Notes under the pieces: model-generated
Seen by the model: only the letters and a program-made list of their open reading frames with translations
What the model was told of the DNA's origin: nothing
Databases searched by the model: none
Made by a program: the position numbers and the translations under genes
In this document: in pieces, positions 8,963-17,190 of the stretch
Layout of the letters: each line of letters opens with the position of its first letter
How positions within the stretch are numbered: position 1 is the stretch's first letter
From: a virus
Taxonomy: Duplodnaviria; Caudoviricetes
DNA length: 64,000 nt
Virus record (IMG/VR): IMGVR_UViG_3300025018_000093
Strand: one strand, 5' to 3'

Positions 8963-10616
8963 GAGGTGCTTGTGCAGTATGTCAACACCAAGACCGCACG
9001 TTCCTTGTTCGGTGTCCACCCTAACACACTTCGGAAATGGGCAAATGCAGGACAGATCAAGTACATACGAACTCCGTCGGGACGACGGCTGTATGACTGC
9101 TCATCACTGTCCTCCGTCCCCAGATCAAAAATCGTGTATGCCCGTGTGTCCTCACGAGGACAACGACACGACCTTGAATCCCAAATCCGAGCACTACGAG
9201 CTAGCTATCCAGACCACGAAGTGGTCTTCGATATCGCCAGCGGTCTTAACTTCAAGCGAAAAGGACTTGACTCCGTACTGGAGCGAGTTCTGTCTGGAAA
9301 GGTCGAAGAAGTTGTCGTTGCTCACAAAGACCGGCTCTGTCGGTTCGGATTTGAACTCTTCGAGTCCATTGCAAGATTCCACAACACAAGGATCGTGGTT
9401 CTCGACGCTGCACAGGAATCACCTCAAGCGGAGCTTGTCCGAGACCTTCTTTCCATCATCCACGTATTCTCCTGCCGTCTTTACGGCCTCCGAAAGTACA
9501 GTAAACAGATCAAGGAAGATTCGGATCTACCCAAGGCCGGAGAGCCTTCCGAGGATTCAGCAGTACCTGGGGATTTCGAGGTATTGGTACAACAAGGCGA
9601 TTGAGTACTTACGTCAAAAAGGTACGAAAGCTTCGCTGTATGAGGTTCGGAAGATTCAAGCTCTTGAACATCCCGAGTGGGCACTAACGTGCCCTCAGCG
9701 TATTCGTGAACACGCTATCGCAGACGCTTGCGCAGCAGTGCGCAATGCTAAGCGAAAGTTCGTGACTGTAGGCGGTTTTCAGGCAGTCAAATTCCGGTCC
9801 CGCAAGAATCCAGTACAGGGGTTCGGGTTTGATGCTCAGAGTCTCCACGAGACTTTTGTCTTCCGAGGGAAGAACACCTGCGGCTTCGCCGCAACAGAAC
9901 CATTCGAAGCAGAGCTAGAGGGTTGTAGGGTCAAACGAGAATCAGGGCGATGGTTTCTGACTCTACCCTGTCGGGTAGCTATATCCAAACCTGAGAACCA
10001 AAGGCTAGGAGTTGTAGCACTTGACCCTGGGGTACGCACGTTTGTTAGCTACTACAATCCGTTGTGTTCGGGCTCCTTCGGAGCCGGTGACTTTCGGCGT
10101 TTGTATCGGCTGTGTCTGGGGCTAGACAAGTTGATCTCGAAGAAGGCGCTTGCACCTTCGAAGTGTAAGCGGAACATGCGCAAAGCAGAGCAACGCTTAC
10201 GTTGGAAGATCAAAGATTTTGTTGCGGACATCCACAACAAAGTTGCTCACTTTCTAGCCACGAACTTCGATACGATTCTGATACCGTACTTCAAGACCAG
10301 TAAGATGGTTGGCCGCCTGCGGTCGAAGACCGCGCGCAGCATGCTGACGTGGGCACACCATCGTTTCAAGACAGTTTTGAAGTCGGTTGCAGAGCGCTAC
10401 AGCGCTCTGGTTGTCGAGGTATCAGAGGCTTGGACGTCGAAGACGTGTTCGTACTGCGGGGAAGTACAGAACATAGGTTCGAAGAAAGTCATGCGGTGCG
10501 CCTGCGGCGCGACCGTAGACCGTGATTCAAACGGTGCACGAGGGATTTTCCTTCGTGCTTTGTCGGCAACGACCTGGACGGGCGAACCCCGTCTTGCATC
10601 TGTTAGCAACAGTTAG
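8955..10616 (+). CDS. tnpB: IS607 TnpB RNA-guided nuclease, Fanzor-like rearranged RuvC (start uncertain; ATG 9138 is a candidate)
   Basis: KIRIYP, ALDPG, ILIPYF, VSEAWTSKTCSYCG, CACG, DRDSNGARGI. Confidence 0.9.
   Translation: MNRRCLCSMSTPRPHVPCSVSTLTHFGNGQMQDRSSTYELRRDDGCMTAHHCPPSPDQKSCMPVCPHEDNDTTLNPKSEHYELAIQTTKWSSISPAVLTSSEKDLTPYWSEFCLERSKKLSLLTKTGSVGSDLNSSSPLQDSTTQGSWFSTLHRNHLKRSLSETFFPSSTYSPAVFTASESTVNRSRKIRIYPRPESLPRIQQYLGISRYWYNKAIEYLRQKGTKASLYEVRKIQALEHPEWALTCPQRIREHAIADACAAVRNAKRKFVTVGGFQAVKFRSRKNPVQGFGFDAQSLHETFVFRGKNTCGFAATEPFEAELEGCRVKRESGRWFLTLPCRVAISKPENQRLGVVALDPGVRTFVSYYNPLCSGSFGAGDFRRLYRLCLGLDKLISKKALAPSKCKRNMRKAEQRLRWKIKDFVADIHNKVAHFLATNFDTILIPYFKTSKMVGRLRSKTARSMLTWAHHRFKTVLKSVAERYSALVVEVSEAWTSKTCSYCGEVQNIGSKKVMRCACGATVDRDSNGARGIFLRALSATTWTGEPRLASVSNS
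8972..9604 (+). CDS. tnpA: IS607 TnpA: MerR-like HTH plus serine recombinase
   Basis: GVHPNTLRKW HTH; YARVSS, DIASGLNFKRKG, HKDRLCRFG; GTG 8972 after AGGAGG. Confidence 0.95.
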   Translation: MQYVNTKTARSLFGVHPNTLRKWANAGQIKYIRTPSGRRLYDCSSLSSVPRSKIVYARVSSRGQRHDLESQIRALRASYPDHEVVFDIASGLNFKRKGLDSVLERVLSGKVEEVVVAHKDRLCRFGFELFESIARFHNTRIVVLDAAQESPQAELVRDLLSIIHVFSCRLYGLRKYSKQIKEDSDLPKAGEPSEDSAVPGDFEVLVQQGD

Positions 10617-10645
10617 CAGAAAAGGTAGCAGTACATGATGGACCA
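10500..10645 (+). ncRNA. putative TnpB omegaRNA/reRNA (boundaries approximate)
   Basis: Expected at the tnpB 3' end and right end by analogy; hairpin GACGGG-cgaac-CCCGTC at 10577-10593 and GTTAGCA repeats. Confidence 0.35.
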
Positions 10646-10913
10646 CAGCACCAGATTCCAGCAGGCGGTCAAGAAGCGAGATACGCTGCGAGGGAAGTTG
10701 GACCGCTTGCAAGGAAAGCTGGAGAGTGCGCAGTCGCGCCTCTCGGAAGTAGAGGCACAGTGCCGGGCAAAGAACATTGACCCCAGCCAGATCGATGAGC
10801 TGATTGAGAAGGTGGAGAAGATTCTTCTGGGGCGGGTCGAGAACATCGAGCAAAGAGTGCAGGAAGCTGAGGACCAGCTTGCCCCTTACCTTGAGGAGGT
10901 CGCGTCGCTATGA
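10635..10913 (+). CDS. small coiled-coil protein
   Basis: Continuous heptad pattern over 92 aa; overlaps the next start (ATGA). Confidence 0.7.
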   Translation: MMDHSTRFQQAVKKRDTLRGKLDRLQGKLESAQSRLSEVEAQCRAKNIDPSQIDELIEKVEKILLGRVENIEQRVQEAEDQLAPYLEEVASL

Positions 10914-12079
10914 AGTTGACAGCAAAGAAGGAGGATCTTGAGCGGGCGCTTAAGATCGGAAGTACCACTGTGGCAAACTCCGGTGACGAGTTGCGGGCAC
11001 ACTATCTTTTCCGCTACCGCAATGGGAAGATGGAGGTTCTGGGAAATGACGAGCGCCTTCTGGGAAGTGTCGTCCTAGAGTGCGAAGTTGAGGGGGCCTC
11101 CGACAATCCTGACGAGAACAGGTTTACCGTAGAGGCAGACCGAATCAATCGGTGGCTTTCCGCATCTCCCAAGGGAAACGTCTCTCTTCGATTGAAGGAT
11201 GGAAAAGTGATTGCCCAGGCAGCTCTGGGAAAGGTCACGTTCCGCTCTTTGGACCCCGCTCGGTTCCCGTACTGGGAGTCTCGGCTTGAAGCTGCTACCT
11301 TCACAGGGAAAATCTCTGCTTCGCGTCTGCATCGCATTCTGAAGCATGCCCAGTTGTTCATGTCCAACAACGAAGCCCAGGATCCCGAAATCTGCTCCTG
11401 TGAGTTCAAGGACAATGGGTTCCTGTACGCGACGGATGCCGCTTCTGCGACGATCATTCGTGTGGCTGGGATGGAGAAGTCGAATGCCAGGATGACGAAG
11501 AAGAAGGACATTAGCTCCTACCTCCGATTTCTGGAAGCGCACTCGGAAGACGAGATTGAGTTCTGGGAGCATGACCAGTGTCTGTTTTTGAAGACAAGTT
11601 CTGGAAACCTTTTCGGACAGACGAAGTGGAAGTATGACTTCCCGGATATCGACTTGGGGTCCGCCTTTGAGGATGCACACCACTGGTGGACCTTCTCACG
11701 GGAAGAGATGATTTCGGTGATTGGGTTCCTCACACCCAGTGCGGTCCGAGACCGCTACCAGATCCATTTCAAATTGGATGGCGTCGGGAACATTAACGTT
11801 TCCCTCACCTCCGCTGCGGGTGGAAAGGTGGAGATTCCGGTCAACTGCAAGGAATCCAAGTCCGTTGCCGATTGCGTCCCTCTCCCACAGGGTGGCTTCC
11901 CGTTGTCCTATGAGTACCTCAAGAGTGTCCTCAAGGGTTTGAGCGGAGAGTTCGTGACGATGGCCTCCAGCCAGCTCCTCAATGACGCGGGGGATCCTGC
12001 GGGTGGCTACTGCTCCTTCAAGCAGGAGGTGGAAGGCGACCAGTATCTTGTGGTGCTCGGTTGGTACGAGGAGCAATAG
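10910..12079 (+). CDS. dnaN: DNA polymerase III beta-clamp-like processivity factor
   Basis: 389 aa; MKLTAKKEDLERAL start, FPYWE/FPDID linkers, LYATDA; dnaX is nearby. Confidence 0.72.
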   Translation: MKLTAKKEDLERALKIGSTTVANSGDELRAHYLFRYRNGKMEVLGNDERLLGSVVLECEVEGASDNPDENRFTVEADRINRWLSASPKGNVSLRLKDGKVIAQAALGKVTFRSLDPARFPYWESRLEAATFTGKISASRLHRILKHAQLFMSNNEAQDPEICSCEFKDNGFLYATDAASATIIRVAGMEKSNARMTKKKDISSYLRFLEAHSEDEIEFWEHDQCLFLKTSSGNLFGQTKWKYDFPDIDLGSAFEDAHHWWTFSREEMISVIGFLTPSAVRDRYQIHFKLDGVGNINVSLTSAAGGKVEIPVNCKESKSVADCVPLPQGGFPLSYEYLKSVLKGLSGEFVTMASSQLLNDAGDPAGGYCSFKQEVEGDQYLVVLGWYEEQ

Positions 12080-12083
12080 CATC

Positions 12084-12737
12084 GTGAACATCCCACAGGT
12101 TCCCTCTCTTTCAGGTCTTCAATCTAAGCTATCCCGTGCCCAGGGACGCAGAGACACACTCTTGCAGCGACTCCAGGAGGTTCGTCAGGATATCATGCAG
12201 CTGAAGGAAGAGGAGAGCCTTCTGGACCACGTGGAGACGCTCTTCCGAACGCTCATTGACGCGGAGATTTCAGAGGCCGTGAAGGCAGCCGAGGACTTGC
12301 AGACAGAGGCCCTACGGTCTGTGTTTGTAGACCAGGACTTGTCCGTGCGGGCTGACGTCTCCACGGAACGTGGGAAGGTTTCCGTGTCTCTTGTTACCAT
12401 CCAAAAGGATAAGGATGGTAACGTGACAGAGGGAGGCTGCAACGATACGTTCGGGGGCTCCGTCACAACGGTGGAATCTGTGCTGCTCCGCTTCTTGGTG
12501 CTGCTGCGCCGGAACCTTCGTCCGTTGCTTGTGCTGGATGAGTCGCTACCAGCCTTTGACCCCAACTACGCGACCAACATGGGACAGTTTCTGATGGCCG
12601 TCTGCGAGCGCATGGGTGTCGACATCCTAATGGTGACGCACAACCCGATGTTCTACGAGTCTGCTCATCGAACGTACAGGATTCGCCGCCACCAGGACGG
12701 AGTCAAGTTCGACTTGGTGCATGAGGTGTCGAGATGA
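12084..12737 (+). CDS. sbcC: SbcC/Rad50-like ABC ATPase, C-terminal half
   Basis: GTG 12084 after GAGGAG; short coiled coil, signature-like FGGSV, Walker B LLVLDES, H-loop MVTHN; no Walker A. Confidence 0.85.
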   Translation: MNIPQVPSLSGLQSKLSRAQGRRDTLLQRLQEVRQDIMQLKEEESLLDHVETLFRTLIDAEISEAVKAAEDLQTEALRSVFVDQDLSVRADVSTERGKVSVSLVTIQKDKDGNVTEGGCNDTFGGSVTTVESVLLRFLVLLRRNLRPLLVLDESLPAFDPNYATNMGQFLMAVCERMGVDILMVTHNPMFYESAHRTYRIRRHQDGVKFDLVHEVSR

Positions 12738-13519
12738 AACGAGAGGGGCAAATCCGGCAGCAGTACAAGCAGGTAAAGTACCGGATACGAAAGAAGTTGC
12801 TGGATAAGAACATGCGGGTGGAGCCCAGTAATTGTTGCTTCCATGCCCCGGTTTCCGTGGAGAAGTCCTCTGGGGTTGTTCTTTGTGCCTACAAGGAAAT
12901 GGCTGAGGATGCAGATTGGGACGTTGTTGTCTGCGATGTGGACCAGGCAAGACAGTGCGACAGGTTTGCACCCGAAGCAACGCCTGACGAGATCAAGTCT
13001 CGTTTCGAGAGATTCCTGGCAGCCGCAGAGACTTCGGGCAATGCTCAGGCTATCGGAACACTGGCGTATCACTACCCAGACTTGGCTGCTTTGCTCTGGG
13101 TACTAGAACCCTGGACTTCCCAGGGGGAGACTTCCTGCGAGGAGTGTGGAACAGGAGGGCGTTGCTATGAAGCTGGTCAACTGGACTCTGAGGGTTCTGG
13201 GGCATCTTCTGTACCCAATACTTCTGCTAGTGATACGATCCTCGTAGAGGATGAGCACGAGAATCCCCAGGGATTGGAAGAGGAGGTTTTTTCGGAGACC
13301 TCCTCTTCGTCCCTTTCGGTCCTACCTCTGGCAGCCTGTGTTGCACCTGACAAGGTTGAGGAGGATGCCGACGCTGAGCACCCCGTTATGACTTCCGCAG
13401 AGGTTCTGCGGAACCAGGAGCGTCTCCCTTCGAGACGGTGGCTTCTCGTGAAGGGTAGTTTTGTGGCAGCCGCAACGGCTCTGCTTTTTCTCCTCATCTA
13501 CTGGTCTCTTTCGGGGTAG
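12734..13519 (+). CDS. hypothetical Cys-containing protein with C-terminal membrane anchor
   Basis: Cys-rich N-half, acidic linker, hydrophobic FVAAATALLFLLIYWSL end. Confidence 0.6.
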   Translation: MKREGQIRQQYKQVKYRIRKKLLDKNMRVEPSNCCFHAPVSVEKSSGVVLCAYKEMAEDADWDVVVCDVDQARQCDRFAPEATPDEIKSRFERFLAAAETSGNAQAIGTLAYHYPDLAALLWVLEPWTSQGETSCEECGTGGRCYEAGQLDSEGSGASSVPNTSASDTILVEDEHENPQGLEEEVFSETSSSSLSVLPLAACVAPDKVEEDADAEHPVMTSAEVLRNQERLPSRRWLLVKGSFVAAATALLFLLIYWSLSG

Positions 13520-13524
13520 CTTAG

Positions 13525-14130
13525 ATGAACCCTGCTCTCTTGCAACTACTTCCTACTCCACCCCTAGAGCGGGAGTCCTCGCTGGCTCTCATTCGAGAGT
13601 TTGTGGTGGACCCCCGTTCGTTCCCCTACCTGGTTTCTGCGTCAAAGACGCCATTTCTGTGGGTTGAGCGTCCTCTTATGGGCCATCTTGTGAGAGCGTT
13701 CATCCGCAGAGACCAGGATGTAGACCTCATCTTTCAGCAGGTTCTTGCTACGGTCATTGACCGTGGGGAGACGTATACCTACGGCAACATCCACCCCTAC
13801 ACGGAGGAAGGGGTGCAGAGTGCTCTGGAGTACGTGAGTTATTTTCTGAGTGGCGGTGAAACAGAGATAGTCAACCCTCTCCACCAGTTGCTAGAGCTTT
13901 TAGTGCCAGAGGGATCTCCGTGGGCAGAGACATCGCATTTGGACTTCCAGGGGATCAAAGTTCCAGTTGAGGTGGCGAAGTGGCTCCCCAAGGATACGGC
14001 TGTAGTTGTCCCCTTAGACAGAGGGTTCCTGGGGGACGTCCATCTTTTTGGCCAGACATCCTCCGCAGTGGTTGTGCATAACCCTGCACGCGGCATTGCG
14101 GTTGTCAGGGGTACCCAGGATGGGGGCTGA
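13525..14130 (+). CDS. hypothetical protein
   Basis: 201-aa ORF tightly packed between neighbours. Confidence 0.6.
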   Translation: MNPALLQLLPTPPLERESSLALIREFVVDPRSFPYLVSASKTPFLWVERPLMGHLVRAFIRRDQDVDLIFQQVLATVIDRGETYTYGNIHPYTEEGVQSALEYVSYFLSGGETEIVNPLHQLLELLVPEGSPWAETSHLDFQGIKVPVEVAKWLPKDTAVVVPLDRGFLGDVHLFGQTSSAVVVHNPARGIAVVRGTQDGG

Positions 14131-14827
14131 CACCACAACCGAGATGCGGTCTTGGTTGCAGGAGAACCTGTCTCGCTTTTCCCTTTCCGAAGAGGTCGAG
14201 GAGTATCTCTTGGGCCGGGGGGCAAAGGAGGAGTCCTACAGGGAGTTGGAAATTAAGACCTGGGCTGCGTCCAGCTCTCCTGCACCTTGCAAGGATTTCC
14301 GTGCGAGGTATGGGGACCGAGGAGAGAAACTGCGAGGGTGTCTCGTCACCCCGTACCACTCCCCCTCGGGAAGTCTGATTGGGTTTGAGGCCCGCAGGAC
14401 CACCCAGAAATGGATCACAGACTACCGTCTCATGCCGGAGTGCAAGTGGCTTCCTGTGTGGCTAGGTACACGGAGAGCCATCCCAAAGCTCTGGGATGGT
14501 GGTGAGGTGTGGATTGTGGAGGGGTTGTTTGACCTTTTCGCGATGGAGTGGGTCATACCAAGCACGGATGCGATCTTGGCGTCTGTGCGCGCAGCCCTCA
14601 GTTACTCCCATGTGCAGTTCTTGCGGAGGCTTTCCACGAAGTACGTGCACATGGTGTACGATGAGGACAGTACCGGGAGAGATGGAAATGAGAAGGCCAT
14701 TTTTTCCCTAGATCGCGTAGGTGTGCCGGGGGGTGTTGTGCGCTACTGTGGCGGAAAAGACCCCGGAGAGATTTGGGATAGAGGCGGAGAAGAAGGTCTC
14801 CTCCTCTCTTTCAGCAACATGAGGTGA
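14120..14827 (+). CDS. TOPRIM-domain DnaG-like primase without zinc-binding domain
   Basis: YLLGRG, WIVEGLFDLFA, VYDEDSTG, KDPGE; start is ATG 14120 or 14144. Confidence 0.8.
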   Translation: MGADTTTEMRSWLQENLSRFSLSEEVEEYLLGRGAKEESYRELEIKTWAASSSPAPCKDFRARYGDRGEKLRGCLVTPYHSPSGSLIGFEARRTTQKWITDYRLMPECKWLPVWLGTRRAIPKLWDGGEVWIVEGLFDLFAMEWVIPSTDAILASVRAALSYSHVQFLRRLSTKYVHMVYDEDSTGRDGNEKAIFSLDRVGVPGGVVRYCGGKDPGEIWDRGGEEGLLLSFSNMR

Positions 14828-14830
14828 ATC

Positions 14831-15451
14831 ATGGATCTTTGGCTTGCAGGACCCGAGACGAGGAAGCTGTTGGAGAAGGCTATTGCGGAGTGGCACCCGC
14901 ATTTGGCGGACATTGATGCGAAGATTGCCATCTTGATGCGGGATCCCGCATCCAAGTCAGGTGGTGTCGTTTGTCTGGGAGATGCTAAGAAGGCGTCTCC
15001 CATGCTTCGCGCCCTCGGGAAGGAAGACTACATCTTCATCCTGGAGATCGCCGCCAATGAGTGGCAGGAGCTGGATGACAAGCAAAGGTTGGCCCTGATC
15101 GATCACCTGCTGTGCCAGTGTGGAGCAGTCGAGGACGAGAAGAAGGGGACCACGTACACTATCCTGAAGCCAGAGATTCAGCTGTTCAAGGCGAACCTCC
15201 GACGCTTCGGGGTTTGGATGGACATCTCCGATGAAGAGGATGATGGGGACCACGCGGCTACGACCATTGAGGACATGTTCAGTCGGGAGGCCGTGGCCAA
15301 GAGAAAGGGCAAGTCGGATGACACTCAAGTCACAATCGAGGCTGCGGGAAGTTCTGTCACGTTGACAGGGGAAGACTTCCAGGGCATCTCGAAAAAGATC
15401 AGGGGTCTCTCGAAGAAGCTGGGAAAGAGCAAGGATGACCCGGAAGAGTGA
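14831..15451 (+). CDS. phage metallopeptidase-like protein with degenerate HExxH
   Basis: HPHL...EWQELDDKQRLALIDHLLCQC resembles the putative phage metallopeptidase family. Confidence 0.55.
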   Translation: MDLWLAGPETRKLLEKAIAEWHPHLADIDAKIAILMRDPASKSGGVVCLGDAKKASPMLRALGKEDYIFILEIAANEWQELDDKQRLALIDHLLCQCGAVEDEKKGTTYTILKPEIQLFKANLRRFGVWMDISDEEDDGDHAATTIEDMFSREAVAKRKGKSDDTQVTIEAAGSSVTLTGEDFQGISKKIRGLSKKLGKSKDDPEE

Positions 15452-15546
15452 TCTCCCTGCGCGGACCATTCCGCGCCATTAGGCGCACGATCCTCGCATT
15501 TCACAGTCATGGCGAGGTGCCCCCTGTGGGGCGAGGAAACTGACGT

Positions 15547-17190
15547 ATGAGCTGGGACACTAAATATCGTCCAGTCACCTACGCTGATGTGTTGGGTCAG
15601 GAAGCTACAATCAGCATCCTGCGTCAGATCGTGAAGTCCAAGCGGGGTTTCCACCAGAGTTATCTGTTCACGGGACCCTTTGGTACCGGGAAGACAACGC
15701 TGGGTCGGATTCTTGCCCGAGCCCTCCTGTGCTCTGAGGCACGGGAGGGTAACCCCTGCGATGAGTGCCCCTCCTGTATGGAGATGCTTCGAAAGGGGAG
15801 CACGGAGTGCTTCACGGAGGTTGATGCTGCCACGAATAGCGGCAAGGAAGGCATTCGGCGTATCCTGGAGACTATCGAGTTTGGTACGTTCAGCGGAAAG
15901 CAACGGATCTACTTGTTTGACGAAAGCCATCAGCTCTCTCGGGATGCGCTGGATGCGCTTCTGAAGCCGCTGGAGGATACCCGAGGGGACACCGGGGAAC
16001 GCAAACTGGTCTGCATCTTCTGCACCACGGAACCCGAAAAGATGCGGGAGACAATTGGTTCGCGATGTGGCCCCACCTTCGCTGTTCATACGGTCCCTAC
16101 AGAGAAGACTGCAGCTCGACTTGCAGAGATATGCCAGAGGGAGGATGTCCCCTTTGAGTCCGAAGCTCTGGTCCGGGTAGCCGAGAGTGTAGAAGGGCAC
16201 ATTCGAGATGCCTTCAAAGCGTGTGAAATGCTTTCGATGCAGGGAGGGATCACCCTTGCGAACGTCGAGTACTATCTCGGGCATGACCTGAATCGTTTGT
16301 ATCTATCGATCTTCGAGGGCTTGCAGGGGGAGATTTCTTCCGTCATGAACACCCTCGAACAGCTTTTAATTCGAGTTTCTCCGGCTGTGATCTACGAAAA
16401 ACTTGCCAAGGTTGCGATGTTAGCCTACAAATTAGGGTTGGGGATCAGTAAGGTCCCTTCCTACTGGGAAGCTGGGAGGTTACGGCAAATCGGAGCGAAG
16501 TACGGGGGTACCCTACTTGATCTTGCTGAAATGTTTAGCTCTCGCCCTAGGCACCCCTCGAAGGATATGCTCCGATGTGATCTTCTGTCTGTGCATCGCC
16601 GCCTCCAGAGTGGTATTCAATTAAAGTACGTGGAGTCCTCTCCTCTCGCTTCGGCAGGGGAGGTTGTTCTTTCACAACCTGAGACAACCCGAGTGCAGGT
16701 AGCGATAAGCGCGGAGCCGCAGGTGAAGTCTGCAGTCCCGGCCTCGGCAGCGGTTCCTTCTCCCCAGGTGAGTCCCTCTCCTGGGGAGGAAGGTGCCCTC
16801 CGGAAGCCTTCTCTCTTGCCAATACCCTCCGACCAGAGTAGCAATTTCCTGACTACTAGTGGGGTTTACAACCCACCGTGGGGGCAGAGTAAAAGTCGGA
16901 TCGAGGCTATCAAGCGTTTGGAAAACGGTGGCATTGTTTCCAAGGACAGTCCGGTCACGTCTGCTCCGCAGAGTGCTCAGAGCTTTTCTCAACCCCGCGC
17001 TCAGGAAGTCGCTACAGAAACCGCGAGCGAGTTGCCGGCAAACTTGTTTTGCTCTCTCGTAAACGCACTTTCGTCTGAGTTGAGCAAGAGTGGGAAAAAG
17101 CAAAGATCCCAGCATGAAGAGGCCGACAGCCAAGCAGTTCTTCGACCCCCTGGTGAAGGTCCTGGGGAGGTTGACGGACTACCGTGCTGA
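15547..17190 (+). CDS. dnaX: DNA polymerase III gamma/tau clamp loader
   Basis: KYRP..ADVLGQE, GPFGTGKTT, PCDECPSC, EVDAATNSG, FDESHQLS, SRC. Confidence 0.93.
   Translation: MSWDTKYRPVTYADVLGQEATISILRQIVKSKRGFHQSYLFTGPFGTGKTTLGRILARALLCSEAREGNPCDECPSCMEMLRKGSTECFTEVDAATNSGKEGIRRILETIEFGTFSGKQRIYLFDESHQLSRDALDALLKPLEDTRGDTGERKLVCIFCTTEPEKMRETIGSRCGPTFAVHTVPTEKTAARLAEICQREDVPFESEALVRVAESVEGHIRDAFKACEMLSMQGGITLANVEYYLGHDLNRLYLSIFEGLQGEISSVMNTLEQLLIRVSPAVIYEKLAKVAMLAYKLGLGISKVPSYWEAGRLRQIGAKYGGTLLDLAEMFSSRPRHPSKDMLRCDLLSVHRRLQSGIQLKYVESSPLASAGEVVLSQPETTRVQVAISAEPQVKSAVPASAAVPSPQVSPSPGEEGALRKPSLLPIPSDQSSNFLTTSGVYNPPWGQSKSRIEAIKRLENGGIVSKDSPVTSAPQSAQSFSQPRAQEVATETASELPANLFCSLVNALSSELSKSGKKQRSQHEEADSQAVLRPPGEGPGEVDGLPC

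Larger units (their letters stand above)
8902..10625 (+). mobile_element. IS607-family insertion sequence (ends inferred)
   Basis: tnpA serine recombinase plus tnpB; GG dinucleotides at 8900-8901 and 10624-10625; related CTGTT-NN-CA subterminal motifs at both ends. Confidence 0.8.

Noticed and set aside
15452-15546. SRP RNA upstream of dnaX, as in some bacteria
   Set aside because: The conserved domain IV (CAGG...GGAA...AGCA) is absent; only short hairpins are present
17094-17100. G_AAA_AAG in dnaX as a -1 frameshift fusing DnaX to the NusG-like ORF
   Set aside because: The NusG ORF is in the +1 frame relative to dnaX, so a -1 slip would not join them; the heptamer is also imperfect
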